A DNA stretch of 64,000 bases from Amphiscolops sp. MND2022 (GCA_964187785.1 OZ076409.1:2730001-2794000); one strand, 5' to 3'. Shown: positions 13,300 to 27,550, counted from the first letter of the stretch. Translations and numbers: made by a program. The notes: generated by a model from the letters alone, not told the origin.

Positions 13300-15200
13300 A
13301 GTTCTTTGAGCTCAGGTTTTCAAGCGTGCCTAGTTTTGACACTTCATACTGATCTGAACAATTATTTGTTTCTTTCTTTATACTACTTTGCTTTGGTGTT
13401 TACAAATCACATAGGTTATTTAGCTTGCGCCCTTGTTTTTCTGGTGCGCGAAAAAGTCAGTCGTGCCAAACCAAAGCCCTCCAACTGTCTAGGACACTTT
13501 GTTCCCGATAAAATTCGGCGTCTGAACAAGGCAATCTCTACCGCAATTGACGAAGAGATTCCTGCTTTTGACCTCCATCAGACACAACGAAGTTTGAAAG
13601 ATCACAATGTCGAAGTTGAACAGATGACAATGTATCTTGTTGGTCATTTGCCTGAAGACATCACTGGATATTTCTTGACTAATAGCCTTACTGATTTACA
13701 AGACGAAATTGATGACACAGTCAGGAAGTTCAAAAAATTGCACTACGAAACGAATCAACACACTGATTCACTAGAATCTTCAAAGATATAGCCACTTTTT
13801 AGCTGTTATCAACCTACCAGTCGCGACAATCAACCTTCAACAAACGCATCGACTTCATCGTGTATTTCAGGGATCATCGTCCACCTCCACAAACCCTGAT
13901 CACTCTAACCACAAGAACGCTATTAATCACCTCAAGCGACATTAAAGTAGCCAAAAACAAGGCATCAGAATGCGAATCGAAAACTGCGTTCGATACAAGT
14001 ACCATGACAGTCTTTAAATGACAACTTCTTGACAGGTTCAGACACCTCTAAACTGGTTTCTTCTTCGTCTCTTCCGCGAATGACCAATCGCTGTTTTAGC
14101 AGTAATAGAAGCCATGTTCATGCAATTTAGCATTACAGACAGAGACCAAACCACACTTCGTTTCCTGTGGTAGGCACTACACACGTTTGATATTCGGTGC
14201 TGCCTGTTCTGTTACCACAGCTGTTTGTGCTCGAAAATGATCAGCTGATCGTTTTGAGGCAGACGACGTGGCCACAAAACGGTTGATTCTCGACGAAGTC
14301 TATACGAACAATTCAGTTCATTTCTTCCTCAACACCGATGAAGCGTCTCCAAATCTCTTGTCAGTAAAGAGGCTCTTCAAAAATGTGAATTAAATTCTAC
14401 TGAAATTCGTCTCAATATGTCACAATCAACAGAAGCTTTTTCGTGATTGACGTTCCAAAGTTGCACCCATAAAATAACAGAACATACCAAGTCTGTAACT
14501 GGATGCCGCTGTTCTCGGCGTACGTTGAGTGAGTTTATTCAGTCAAGTTCATGCATCCCACTGAGATTCGTACCTTTTTGGAACGATAGTACAACAGTGT
14601 TAAACTGGATCATATCTGATCCCAAAAAACATAGGAGCTCCAACGCGTCAAAGAAGTCCTAGAAACAACGAAATCTCAACACTAACAACATGTACCCAGC
14701 TGATCATGTCACTAGCAGCAAAAAACGGAAGCCATCGAAAATTTTTGGCTTTCTCCGCCAGCGTTCCTGCTGCTGCTCAAAAAGAGTGGGTTTGTGAAAA
14801 CACTTCGTCACACGGAAACGAACCTCTGTATATCGTCCGACGTCTTCAACTGTTTCCAGTTCGAATGCTACTCATCCTCGACAAGGTTGCTTGGCGTTGC
14901 TGCAAGGTTGCAGCAAGCAATACAAGTTTCAAGAGATCGTGAAAAAGCAGCCATCAAAATCGAGCATTTCACAGAGGCTAGAAGTTACCTTTTCCGTTGT
15001 TAACAACTGTTCCTGTTGACGAAACAGCTCGAAGCATCATCAAAACCTAAAAATCTTTGCTACAATGGCAAATTCCTTCCAGTTGGACTTTTCCTAGATG
15101 ATTATGGTCTAAATCGAGCAACCGTTCGACAACCGGAGCGCCCCTTCCATGGGCTACAAAGCACCCAATTATCTTGAACACTAACTCTGACGACCGTGTC
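13300..15200 (+). pseudogene. Degenerate BEL/Pao LTR retrotransposon gag-pol relic
   Basis: Translated fragments FWNDSTTVLNWI (Pao WTDS..VL.WI motif) and NMYPADHVT (NPAD..SRG motif); gag-like ORF 13306-13791; many frameshifts; LTRs not identified. Confidence 0.65.
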
Positions 15201-17377
15201 ACAACCGTGACACACTTTTGCGCACTGTGCGATATACGTTGATTTTTTTCCATTTTGTAAAACACTTTCTGTTATATGATGACGTTTAAACGTAACAATT
15301 AATTGTAAATATTGTTCTTCATGTTAAATATTGTTTGTATCATTTAAAGTAGAGAAATAATACCCCTTGTAAGCAAAATGCTTTGGAACGATGAACTGAA
15401 GACTCTAAGAGAGGATTACCTCGTCTTTAAAGTGGAAAGCTAGACCTTCGCTGCATTGATGGAAACAAGTTTGACAACGGGAAAAAGAAATACCATCTTG
15501 ATTGTTTTCAGCGGTGCTACAAGAAATATTCAAAAATCTTCAAAAACTTTGAAGTTTGTCAAAATTATTCAAAAGGTGTTTTAATTGTAAGAAGCATTTA
15601 ATTCTAAAAAGCAGTACTTGGGTACTTTTGCGCACTGCGAAATTTATTGATTTTTTCAATTTTACATAAAAATTTTCTCGAGCCAAATTGGTCCACTTTT
15701 GAGCCAAAAATTTGGCACCGAAGTATGCTGTTCCTGGCTTCTTTCATCTTATTTCTGCCTCCTTTTGTCAGTTATACCTAGCGTGTTTCATAATTTTCGG
15801 AAACAATCCATTTCTCTGTAGCCTAAAAATATAAAAATCATCGCTGGAAGCTTCAAATTTCTTAAAAAACGAACCAACTTCTAACAAACAATTGATTGAA
15901 TGACGTAATTTTTACCACAATTTTAGTTTCCTGCATTGATTACTTTTTGCATATTGCAAAATATCGTTGAATTTATTTGCAGAATCTTTACCTATTCCTA
16001 TAGATATCTGCAATATACAAAGTCGCAATTTTCAATTAACGGCAAATTCCAGTTGAAACTAATTTGGCCATAATGAAAAGATCACGCTTCCAAATATGGT
16101 AAGAACTATTTATGCCCGAAGATAAACCACTCATCAAAAGCAGCAAGATGGAAACGATGGAAATAATAGCAACCCTTTCGTTACTGTCATTTAATGACCC
16201 GCGACCCGCGTAATTAAAACGGGATCCCCTGTAGTGATTTTACAGTAAACAATAAAATGCAATTTCCTCAAGTTTGTGTTTTCCCTCCCAAATGACCGTT
16301 ATTTCTTGCGGCTGATTGGGTAGAATTTCACAAAGTAATCAAAAAGGTTTTCTTTTCATCACGACTTCATTAGCGTCTCGCAAAACCGAGATTACAACAA
16401 TTACAAATTAATGGTCTCAATAAATCAGCTGGCGACATTTTATTTATACCAATTTGTCTCATAAAAAACTCATAATGTCAGCTCGTAATGTCTACAGCTA
16501 AAATCGATTGGTTCAGTGGTTGTTATAATTCGAATATCGCGCTCAATAATCAGTTTTTGCGGTTCATTAAAATCTAATTTTCTGATCCAAATGTACTGGA
16601 TTTTTTTAAAAAATAGAAATGAATGCACTTGAAATATTTGTTTCTAAAAATCTTTGGATCCGTTTTCATAAAAGTTCAGAAAAGATTTAGCTTTCATTCT
16701 TGATAAAAGCTAACCAAATTGATTGTTTTAAATGAATCAGAGTATATTTCTATATATATTATAATTTCTATAAAGAATTTTTCTTGAAATAACTGCTAAT
16801 ATGTAGAATTTGGCCAATTTGCTATTTAGTTTGATTTTAAAAAATTCTGCCTAGTTGAAACTGCTTTAGTATGTTCTATAGAACTTTCAAAACTTTTCTA
16901 AAAATGCACGGCAGCTTATTGAAACAAGTAAACGTTTCAAGCAGAGTGAACTCAAGCGGTTTTCAAATAAAATCCAGCCGGTTTTGCTTCAGAAAAATTG
17001 CAAAATCTCAAAAGTCTAAAATCCATAATTGGCTCCAAATATTTTGTTTTCCCTGTTTCCTTACTAAGATGCACTGGGCAAAAAATGTGGGAAGAAAAAA
17101 ATTATCGACCTTGAGTTCCATTTTTGGAAACGTCTTTCCATTTTTGTCTCTTTTCCCTGCTGACAAAAATGAATCCCCTAAGAGCAGGTGCAAATATTCT
17201 CCAGATAATTTGCAACAATTTCGAACCGGAAATTAGAAAAATTGAAAAATGGAACAAACCTAGTTTGCAAAAGTTATTATCGGCGGTACTACACAGTAAT
17301 GTAAGGAGGTATAGATCAACTGGTCGAATCACAGCAGTGACAAGTTTGAACTGGGTCATCGATGCAAAATTACTTAC

Positions 17378-17512
17378 TCCTTGTCCAGTTTTGTTGGAAA
17401 TATTTACAGCTATGTTTCTTTTTCCAGGGTTGCTAAATGCATGCAAAGCAGAATCAAACCGGTTGAGTGCCAACTCATACGTACAACAATTGATGATTCC
17501 TTCAAAAGTTTT
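17378..17512 (-). CDS. Candidate isolated host exon (45 codons, phase 0/0), product unknown
   Basis: TTTTTTAG acceptor, open frame KTFEGIINCCTYELALNRFDSALHAFSNPGKRNIAVNISNKTGQG, GTAAGT donor. Confidence 0.35.
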
Positions 17513-17806
17513 CTAAAAAAACATTGAAATTTCCCTGAAAAGAATCGAAATTTGAAGAACTTTTGCACTTTCTGGTCTTTTTTGACCTCGTTTCTTGAAA
17601 AACGTATTATTTAAAAATTAGACAAAAATTTTTTTGAATAAAGCAAAGATTCAACTTTTGTGGAATGTTTCAGAAATGTGGAAATTACGCCAATCATTTT
17701 TTATCAATCAAAATACTACTCACTCAATTGAGTAGGTCATTACCGAAAAAAGTTCAAACAAAACTGTTCTTGTGTTTACTATGGTACAGCGAAACTTTCG
17801 AATTTG

Positions 17807-18191
17807 AACAAGACGCCCGCTAAGCACCGGGATATTTTCCGCCCTGTTCGCCTTCACCAACTGAGCCATAGCTATTTTGGGAGGTGGGAATAGGATGTAA
17901 AGAATAAAATATAAAACCTAGTGATTTTACATTTTATTCCCTTTAGATCTTATTCCCGTCCTGAAATTTTAGATCTTATTCCCTTTAGATGTTATTCCCT
18001 TTTTTGATTTTAGACATTATTCCCTCTGTATGCTATTTTAGTTACTTGACTATTTTAGTTACTAGTAGCTATATAAAATAGTCAAGTAATCAAAAGGTGA
18101 TTGTGGAGATTTGGCAAAATTTGGAAAAAAACGCGTCACAGATCATGATTTTCCTCCCCCATTTATAAAATGTGGGGTCGGAAAATAATAA
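17807..18191 (-). mobile_element. HINE-B copy (second Helentron-like family)
   Basis: Minus strand: 5' TTATTATTTTCC...GGAAAAT hairpin; 3' GGAAAATA + CCCG..CGGG hairpin + CGTCTTGTT. Internal TTTAGATCTTATTCCC repeats. Confidence 0.7.
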
Positions 18192-20130
18192 ACTTCCAAA
18201 GCTAGCTTCTCGGCTAATTCGAAATACATTTCTGTTTTTTTTCCAGTTTTCGCATACTCTCCTGTTTAGTTCAAAAACTAATTGACAAATTTATTAGTCA
18301 CTTATCAGAGAAAAAAGGAAGAATATCTAGCATAGCAGATTTTTGTTAGCATGTTATCAATAGATTCACTGTCAAAAATAATCAGTCCTCACAAAAAGGA
18401 CAATTCCCATTGAATGGGAAGACCAAAAGACTTCCTTCGGGAAGTAATGCAGAATTAATTATCCTTTTCAGTCAGAAATACAAGAGAGTTCAACTCTGAT
18501 TCTCAAAATAGCTGCTCAATCTTGCTAAAGAGCAGCTAATGAGGTTTGAGTTTGTTCATCGTCTACATTATTCCTAATTCCAACAAAAAAGGTCACGAGA
18601 AGCTAATGTACCTAAAGCTATGCAGAATGAACCAAGAATGAGCTGAGCTTGGATAAATTTGGGTAAATGATTGGGATGTTGGAACGAACCTTTTATTATT
18701 TTCCGTCCATATTCCAAAACCTGCCATGTTCGAAATTTATACCCAAGTTGAAAAAAAAGTTTCACCTGTAGAAAATAACTCACGTAAACTTTGTTATGCG
18801 ATCTGTGCTGTTGACCCAAAATGACCCTAAAACAGACAAAAATTCAAAAAAATTCAATTTTAAAACATTTCTATGCAATTTTTGTCAACCTTTGTGGATT
18901 TTGTGGATTAGAACATTGCAAACGTTAAACGAATAAATTTGTTGTTCAATAGGCTTTCTCGGGATAAATGCGGTTTCGGAACAGAAAATTGTGAGAAAAT
19001 GACCCCCAAAAAGTTACAATTTTTGACTTTTTAAAGCAGGTTTTGAAAAATTATCAAGTTTTCGTGGAACAGATTTTTGAAATTGATCAACAACAGTTGC
19101 ATCCGTTGTCCAGTGTTCTTGTTGAAGAGATAAAAACACTTTTCGATAAAAATTTGCCTCAATTTGACCTCAAATTTCGAATTCATGCCGTTTTCATGCA
19201 AATTGTGTACAATTATTGACAATTTTTGTGAGCTAGAAGGTTCAAAGTCTTCAACGACAAATGTACTAGCTATGCAATGTTTTTTTTTGGAGAAAATGCA
19301 GTGTTTTAAATTGAACAGACTCTAGAAAGACTCCCAATAATTCGGGAAAAAATTGAAACATTTCGTTGATTTTATGCGAGGTTTGTAAAATTCAAATGAA
19401 AACTGGAAGATATTAAAAGTTTCAAAAGCAAAACACGGGATTTCCAGTAGGCTTTTTGTAAGTCAATTGCACGTTCACGTTAGAAAATAGCGTCAAAATG
19501 ACCCAACTTAGTCAAAAAACACAAGAGTCAAATGGGTTTCCCATTTTTCTGCAAATTTTAGGACATAATTGACACGCTTCGTGAGTTAGGTTGTTGGAAA
19601 TTTTTGAGTTTTTCGCATTTTTTTGTAAACTTCTCGAGCTGTCTCCCGAGTTAGAATGACGTAGGCATTCAACAATATCCAGTAGACGTTTTGGAATTGA
19701 CATCTGCAGTTTCATTAGAGTGCATAGGCAAGCTAAATTTGCTTAAAGCTCAATTTTGTGCTTTCAATACCTCGGATTCCACGACCATACCTTTAACCGT
19801 GCAAAATTGGCAAATTACGTCATAAGTCCCGGATTCCACGGATTTGTCGTGGGTTCCAGTAACAAATGCTTAGCTGTACGCACTGTACGCACTGTATAAC
19901 AGCAGTATTGGCGTGGAATCCAAGACACGCTTAACATCAAATGTAAATTTTGTCCTGGATTCCACGACTATTCTCAATTTTCGTGTCCCGGTTTCCACGA
20001 CAAGCAGCAAAATAGCTTGCCTATGCACTGTAATGTTCTTTGAAAAGTGCCTCAAAATGTAAAGTTGTCGAAAAATGGGCATTCTCCAGTGTTTGACACA
20101 TTCAGTGCAATGTTTTAGATTCGAAATTAT

Positions 20131-20365
20131 AACAAGACGCCCGCTAAGCACCGGGATATTTTCCCTCTTCTTAAAATAAGTCACGTGATAGCGGGATTCG
20201 AACCCACTATCTACTGCCCTGATAGGCGGATGCACTACCAACTGGGCCAAAGTAACTAAATTAGGTACTGACTGAAGTTGATGAAGATAAAAAACGCCAT
20301 ACAAATTATGATTTTCCTCCCCCATTCACAAAAAACTTTTAGGGGGGGGGGAGGGGAATGATAAA
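20131..20365 (-). mobile_element. HINE-B copy containing a tRNA-like segment
   Basis: Same AACAAGACGCCCGCTAAGCACCGGGATATTTTCC end and ATGATTTTCCTCCCCC motif as the 17807 copy. Confidence 0.7.
20190..20251 (-). pseudogene. tRNA-derived segment with Pol III A-box and B-box, not an intact tRNA
   Basis: Minus strand TTTGGCCCAGTTGGTAGTGCATCCGCCTATCAGGGCAGTAGATAGTGGGTTCGAATCCCGC: A-box TGGCCCAGTTGG, B-box GGTTCGAATCC; no clear acceptor stem. Confidence 0.6.
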
Positions 20366-20619
20366 ATGACATAATAGAAAGATAACTTCTAGCGCTGAAA
20401 CTAGTCATACGTTACGGTTTCTACGGAAACATACCTCTGAATGACGCAAGTTTTTTTACTATTTTTTGTTTTCCGCTTAGCAAGTGTTAAAGAAGTTTGA
20501 AAAAACGAATTATATTAGTATGAGTTGTGAATTAGCATAAACGTTTTCGAGCTGTAAATTATTTAACGGATTTTTCGCATAAGATAACAAAACTCACCAG
20601 TTCCACAGGATCAAAAACA

Positions 20620-21053
20620 GTTCGAAAAAAGTTTCACAAAGCCAAAATAGGCAAACGAGGGGACCCTTCAGATTTCTTTCATCATCCGGTTTGTTGCAGA
20701 AAATCAAAATAAAAACAGGGACCCTTTGGCGACATCCAGAAATTTTGAAAAGAAACGTCCAATAATGCCGAAAAAAACAGTAAAACTTTCTGAGTTGGCT
20801 AGTAACGACAAACGCTTTGAAAACCATGGTAGCCAAAGGTGGTGCAATTTTGGAAGCACCCGAGAGTGCTAGCCAGTAAGGTAGGTAGTTTACAAAATTC
20901 GCATAAAATTAATGAAATGTTTCAATTTTTTGAAGACCTAGACAAACTCTGTAAAAAGTGGACCTTCAATGTGAGTTCTGTGCTCTGGAGAAAACAAAGA
21001 GTCATTGGAAGAGTCGGCATTTTTTTTTGTTAACAGAAAATGCGACGACTAAA
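20620..21053 (-). mobile_element. HINE-A copy lacking its 3' end
   Basis: 5'-end hairpin GAGTCGGCATTTTT...AAAATGCGACGACTAAAAA and internal GGGACCCTT modules. Confidence 0.65.
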
Positions 21054-21705
21054 AACAGCATTCTACTATGAAGTCCCGTCGACTCGACCATAACAGTCCA
21101 TCAAAGATTTTGCGAAGTTTATCTTTTTCATTTAAGTCATCACAAAGAACGTCTGTGAAACAATGCAAAAATCCGACACTATTAGCGAGACCTGTTGAAA
21201 TTCCGATACTTTTACTTATGGGAAAACGGCCTGGGTAGTAGTGTCCTTTGAAAACCTTTTTTCTTTATTTTTTGATTTTTTATAGCTCTGCTCGGGATTT
21301 GGATGAAAGGACGCGCCCTAACATCTAGACCAAGTGGCTGGTATTGTCAATAACTTCAATAGTTTCTGCCGGAAAACGTTGCAGAAAAAATCAAAAGACC
21401 CCGTCAAAACATAGGGTTGTCTTTTCTTTATGAAAATTAAAAATTGAAAACGATTGGAAGCACTTTGAACGAGACGGATACGGATTTTTCTGCTACCATC
21501 TTGATTTTCAGAAAGTCGTTCTTCAAATTTGGCACAAAACATTCATAAATTGTAGTGAAAAAAGATTTCCAGCTTGTTTTTGTTTAAACATTTTTTCTAA
21601 ACAATGAGCCTAAAGTTTTCATCATTGATTTATATGTAGGCAGCTCTTTTTGGAGTGTAAAAACGAAGTATCGCAAATTCAGGTCTCATGACCCTAGGTT
21701 GCTAG

Positions 21706-22468
21706 CCCGGGTTGACCACCATACGAAAAACATGTAGATCATACGATGTCATATATGGTGTTTATGAAATCAGTTCAGCCATAAAATGACCATACAAAAA
21801 GATCTATGGTCATTTTATGAGAAACATGTTTCCCATACTATGGTCATTTTATGGAACAAATGGTTTCCATAGTATGATCCTTTTATGGACTAAAATGATT
21901 CCATACATGACAAATTAGCATAACGTAGTCAATTAACGCCCAGGTCGATGTGTTTGTTGGCTGCTCCTAGCAATGAACCAATTTTCATCAAAAACATACG
22001 AACAACATCAGAATTATCATTTTGTGGTATTTGATACTTAGTTCTTCACGATTGATCTCGTTTGAAGCACAAACCTCACTGAAAAGAGCTATGACTGAAA
22101 CAAAAAAGTTAATGCAATAATAAGATGAAGTTAAGCTAACTTGTAACAATTTTATACTTTGCGTAAGCAAAAGTCTTCAATGTATCTGTCATCGATACTA
22201 GAGGTCAGGATGGACTGATCTCCGGTCTCATCTTCAGCTTTAACAGCCGAAGGCTATTACCTTTCTAAACAAATTTTAGGAATAAACTCAGTTTTACTAT
22301 AATGTTTCATGGAAAACATGCAAACCTTTAATTGAAAACATGCAACTCATACAATGACCATATATGACAACATTAAAGTCATGACATGAACATAAAAAGT
22401 TTTTTTTGTATGGCCGCTAGTTTCCATATATGGAATTATGTATGATTTGCATGGTAGGTCAACAGGGG
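21706..22468. mobile_element. Degenerate MITE with CCATAC/ATGGTC internal repeats
   Basis: CCCGGGTTGACCACCATAC versus reverse complement of the right end CCCCTGTTGACCTACCATG; related fragment near 61790-61880. Confidence 0.45.
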
Positions 22469-22929
22469 AAGTGATAATAACATCGTAAAAATTTTCTTCG
22501 TTTTTAAAAAATACTCTCTGCTGTTCAAAAAATATGACAAGTTGATTTCAACTGACTTCTGGGTAATTTTCAAAATTGCTACTACTGTTTTTTCCGTATT
22601 CTGATGTGTTACTTTTATGACTTTATTTGTTCAGATCAATAAATAGTTGCTGTCAAAAAAAGCACGGCGTTCGTTTTGTTCCTTTTGGGACCGTATATCA
22701 AAAAATATGACCAGGTGATATACATAATGTTTACAAGACACTTCTTTCAGAATTGACTCGTAAAATGTCCATAAATCTGAAAATGGCGCTGAACAGTTAA
22801 TTGCACTGCAGTGGAATGGAGAGAATACGTTTAACCGCTAAGCCGCAGACCATTGCAGAAAGTAGGTAGGTTCAATTTTGCATGCACTGTCAAGTACGTA
22901 AGTACATGTGGTTGTTACTGGAACAATTA

Positions 22930-23359
22930 GGACCATGTTTCTTATTCTCCCAACAAAAAAGCTTCTTTTATGCTTGAGAAAACTTCTTGGGGGAATGAAA
23001 TAAAATTATATGGCTATATAAACACTTAGAGGATTGTCTCTACAGGTGTTTCGACACTTAAAGCAAAAAATTATCCGAATTTTTCGATATTTTTCTGACA
23101 AAAAAGCAAAAATTCACCTCTGAAACAAGCTAAAATTGTGAAGGAAAGCTCGTATTTACACGGATACTTTCTCTCCAATAAATTAAGTGATCAATTCTCA
23201 ACTGTGAATTAAGGTAAAAGATAGAATTATGTCGACGTCAAATATTTAATTTGTCCATAATTTAAGCGCAAACGATGTGGACATAAGGGTATTTGTAGCT
23301 TGTTTTTTTGCCTCCTCTCGCGACGGCCTGGGGGGGGGGGGAAGTAAGACACATGGTCT
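22930..23359. mobile_element. MITE
   Basis: TIR GACCATGTTTCTTA / TAAGACACATGGTC; internal GTTTCGACACTTAAAGCAAAAA segment also present at 6143-6240. Confidence 0.55.
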
Positions 23360-23995
23360 AACAACTATAAGTAGCGATCTTCTATAGCCTATTTGAGAGA
23401 CAAAACTAGCTAATAATTGATCATTTGAGGCAAATTTCTATTGAGTTTTGATCGAATATCAATACAAAAACTAGATTTTATGGTATAATTCTTTTCATAA
23501 TTCATCTAGTGTATTCAGTTTAACGGCCAGTTCCAAAACTGGACCTTCTCATTAATTTGCATCGATGATAATCCTCGGCGTCGTGGATTTTCATCCATGA
23601 ATCATGGGTTTCCATCCATGAATCATCCATGAATCATTGATATCTTTCCAAGATCATGGAATAATTCATGACATGGCGATCCATGAATCGTGGACGAATC
23701 ATGGATGAATATCCATGAATTAGCCATGATGGTTAATCTGGGGAACAAGAATGCTAACAAAATGGCAAAGTGAGCAGTACGTATTTGTCAAACAAAATAA
23801 GCAACATTATAAAACATAAATAGCAATGCCTTTTTCAATTTTATTTTAACGAATTCAAAAAATATTTCCAATAGGTTATATTTCCAAAGTATGAAAGATT
23901 TTGACGTGTCCGGGATTCGAACCATTACTGTTCGAATCTGGCGCTTTAACACCCGGCAATAACGCCTTGAAATAAATCAATTTCTATGTTTTCTT

Positions 23996-24653
23996 CCCTG
24001 GGTGAAGTTAAATGCAAATCTTTAAAGATTCTTGCCAATTTCTTGCATTTGATGGCTATCTTGCAAGATTGGGGACCTAAATTCAAATCTTGCAAGATTT
24101 TTCAGTTGTATGCGAATCTTGAAGAAATGAGATTCTTGAAAGAAAAATATTTTGCTGCAAATATCTTGCAAGATTTATGAAAAAATCTAAAGTTGAAAAA
24201 TTCGAAGTTTGGGCGCGGCCATTTTGAATTTCATCATTTTTGCTTGTCATCTTTTTCGGATGGCCAAAACGAAACCGGAATTTTAGAGCCCAATCCTACC
24301 GGAACCTAGCACTAACAGAGAGCCTACAACCCACAATATGGACATTTCTCAATTACTGAATGCTTTGCCTTTAGTAGAACTAAATGTCCGACATTATGCT
24401 TCTAATTTCATTTTGTTTCAGCTCAGGTAATGGAGAGTGTCTTTATAAATCGGATCCCTTAATTCCGTGAATACTTTTGATTTGAAAATTCAATTCTTTC
24501 AAGATTCTTTGAGAAAATGATTATATCTTGCAAGATTGTCATTGAAAAAATGTTTATCTTGAAAGATTCCTGCAAGATTTCTTCGAGAAAATGCATTTTC
24601 TTTAAAGATAAAAATGGAAGAATCTTGCAAGATAAGCATTTTTTAAACTAGGG
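23996..24653. mobile_element. MITE with ATCTTGCAAGAT palindromic repeats
   Basis: Imperfect TIRs (CCCT...AAATGC..ATCTT..AAGATTCTT at both ends) and many TCTTGCAAGA copies. Confidence 0.5.
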
Positions 24654-25017
24654 TTATCTTACCAATTTTATTTCTTGCCAACAATTACGGAATTGAAATG
24701 AGCTGCGAATTCACACGATAAGCGTTTATTTCGAAATAAACAGAGAATATTCTATTGACGAAATTGTGAAAATAGAGTTTCTTTGGAAACATGAACTTCG
24801 GAAGCCATTTTGCTGGCATCAAAATCGCGTTACAAATAAATACTGTGAGCTTGGCAAGCGATATGAGTCAAGATTTTAATCAAATTCCGGACATTGAACT
24901 GAAAAATGAATCAGCTAAATTTGTAATTCGATTCATGTTTTCAACTAATTTCAACTTATATTTGATCTTGAGAAACCCACTGTAAAGGGCCACGATAAAA
25001 CGATACTCATTATAAGT

Positions 25018-25485
25018 GATTCTGGGAAAACTCGTCGAAAACAACTTGTCGAGAACAACTCGCCGAAAACAACTGGTCGAAAATACTAGGCGGAAAACTA
25101 GTCGAAAAGCACATGGCCGAAAATTCTCCGGCGGAAAACTCGTCGGAAAGGAACAGATAATAGTCTCAGGCAAATATATTGCTAACTTTGTGTGATCATT
25201 CCGTGTTATTAAATTCTAAATTATTTCGAAGTACTGCACAGGAAACTATAAAAGTGAAACATTTCAAGCTATTATATAACTGAAAAGGCTATATTATGCG
25301 TAAAACTGAAAATTTCACGCATCAATTACCGAAAATTAATCCCTAATTAGCACTGGATAATCCGGGTGAGTAATCTGTGATTATTCGACGAGTTTGCACT
25401 CACTTATTATTCGACGAGTTAATTTTCGACCAGTTTTCAGCCCTTTAATTTCGACGAGTTGTTTTCGACGAGTTTTCTGCATACC
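25018..25485. mobile_element. Mutator-like MITE with 9-bp target-site duplication
   Basis: Perfect flanking ATTATAAGT (25009-25017 and 25486-25494); inverted subterminal arrays AACTCGTCGAAA / TTTCGACGAGTT; G...C termini. Confidence 0.85.
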
Positions 25486-25904
25486 ATTATAAGTTATTAG
25501 AAGATATTATAAACTTCACCCGGAAAGAAAAACTGAAGATTTTTTAGCTGGCTTCGTTTTGGGGCTCACTTCCGTTTGTGCCAATCGACGCTTAGAAAGA
25601 GCCTATTTATGATGCTTATGATTTTCATAGCTCATTTTGAATCCCAATTGCGTGGGTTTGTCCTTCAGAATCAAGTCTCTGTATTGTAATTTTTATAGTT
25701 CATATTTAAACAATTGCCCAAAAATTGAAACCAGATGACTCATTATACAGTTTGTAAATATTGCAAATGTTGACATCAGAAAGAGCCGATTGAAATTATT
25801 GAAAACTTATGTTGGATAAGCAAACCAAAGATGAAAAAATGAAGGTTATTGAGGTTTTTCGCACTTGAACCTAGCAAAATAACGCATGGTTTCAAGTATA
25901 ATAA

Positions 25905-26359
25905 AACAAGACGGGAACGTCTAAAGTCGGCGCTATATCTAAGGCTCAAAAAGCTTAAAATTTTTGAATATTTTTTCTTTCAGAAAATGTCGCATAGTGC
26001 CGAAAAATGTAAAAGGGAGGACCCTTTGGGCTTTATTAACGTATATTCTGTTGCAAAATATCAAAAAACTCGAAAGGGGGAATCTTTTGACACATTGAAA
26101 ATTTTTCGAAAAAAAGTCGTACAATGCCGAAAAAATCGAAAGGGGGACACTTTAGTCTCGTCCGGTTTTGTAGGTTACGTTAAAAAAGTAAAGAAATGAC
26201 TAATTTGCGCTGACCGGGCTTGGCCTTATGGCCTTAGTAGTTTTAGTAGTTTCTATTGTAAGAAAAGTGGGCCAATCAGGGTGAGATTGTAGTCTGACGA
26301 GAAAAAAAACTAGCCACTGTAACTGTCGGGCTCTTTTCACTAGAAAAGCGCCAACTAAA
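25905..26359 (-). mobile_element. HINE-A copy
   Basis: Plus strand reads AACAAGACGGGAACGTCTAAAGTCGGCGC ... AAGCGCCAACTAAAAA. Confidence 0.8.
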
Positions 26360-27550
26360 AACAGCCGCTTCATCTGTAATGAAACAACACGTGTTAGCGT
26401 TTGAACATAGAAAATCAAAAGAGCCCAAAAATCAAGTTCGAATGTAGTTCAAAAGCACAATGAATTTATCACAAAAAAGTGAGAACGAAATAATTGTTTT
26501 TTTTTCAGATTTCAGGATCCTTTTTTGACCCCCGGTCGAGTTCGAATCTTTTCGAAAATTATCCGACGTACAAATTATAAGAGGAAATATACTTAATGTA
26601 TGCTTTCTCATTGAGTAAACTAGTACAAATGGAATCAAACATTTTCTTCTATAACAGTTCTGTTTTCTAGCTAACAATTCAAACCTCCACTCTTCGGTAC
26701 AAACTTCGACACCGGTTAGTTTCGATCCCATGCATGGGGACTATTGAAAACGAAACAATTCCAAAGAACGTTGCACAATAACAAAAATAGAAGGAAGACT
26801 CCCCACGCTAAAAATGAGCAACAAAACTGGGAAAAGCCAACAAAAAATTTGAAACAGACAAGATTCTGCTGAATTGAATAAGTGTTTAAGTAAAATCGCA
26901 CAAAGCTGAAAAACATACAGACCCTATTTTTTTGAAAAAGGTAAAATTGCAAAAAGTTATTTTGAAAGAAAATTCTGAGGCACTTGAGATCCTCAAAAAA
27001 TATGGTTTAAAAATTGGACAGAAGTTTAGCCAAAGAAAGTCACACATTGCCGAAAAACCTTGAAAGATTTTCAAAAAGTATAGTGCTGGATGCGAACCCA
27101 TGTACTTCTGCTTCCCAGGTCCAGCTGAGCAAGACACCTGTGGTAACCACTAGACAAAGTTGTAAAAATTTGTTAGTCAATTTAGTTTTTTAAGGCTGTT
27201 AAAGGTCAAAAAAAAACTTAGATCCATAGATATTCTTTTTCTTTTTTCTATCTTTATCTGCTCCTTACTTTTGCAAACTATTTTTTTCGATTTTTTTTCT
27301 GGAAAAGGAAAAATCTTAGTTTTTATGGGATTATTTTTCTTTCTCTCAGATGTAAATGAGAAATAAAAGAAATGAAAAAAAGAAAATTGATTTTTGTAAA
27401 CATAACGCAATGAGATTGTTTGGGCAAAAAATATTTGGTTCATTTAGTAATAATAATTGAATTTATCCGGGTGCACTGTAGATAATAATTCATCATATGC
27501 GTACAATATATGTTATATAAATAATCGTATCGAAATATCAACATATACGT

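Noticed and set aside
20190..20251. Functional tRNA gene
   Set aside because: A and B boxes are present but there is no convincing acceptor stem, and it lies inside a dispersed repeat; likewise the B-box-like sequence near 23910.
22165..22260. Possible minus-strand exon (AVKAEDETGDQSIL...)
   Set aside because: Weak splice sites and located inside a putative MITE.
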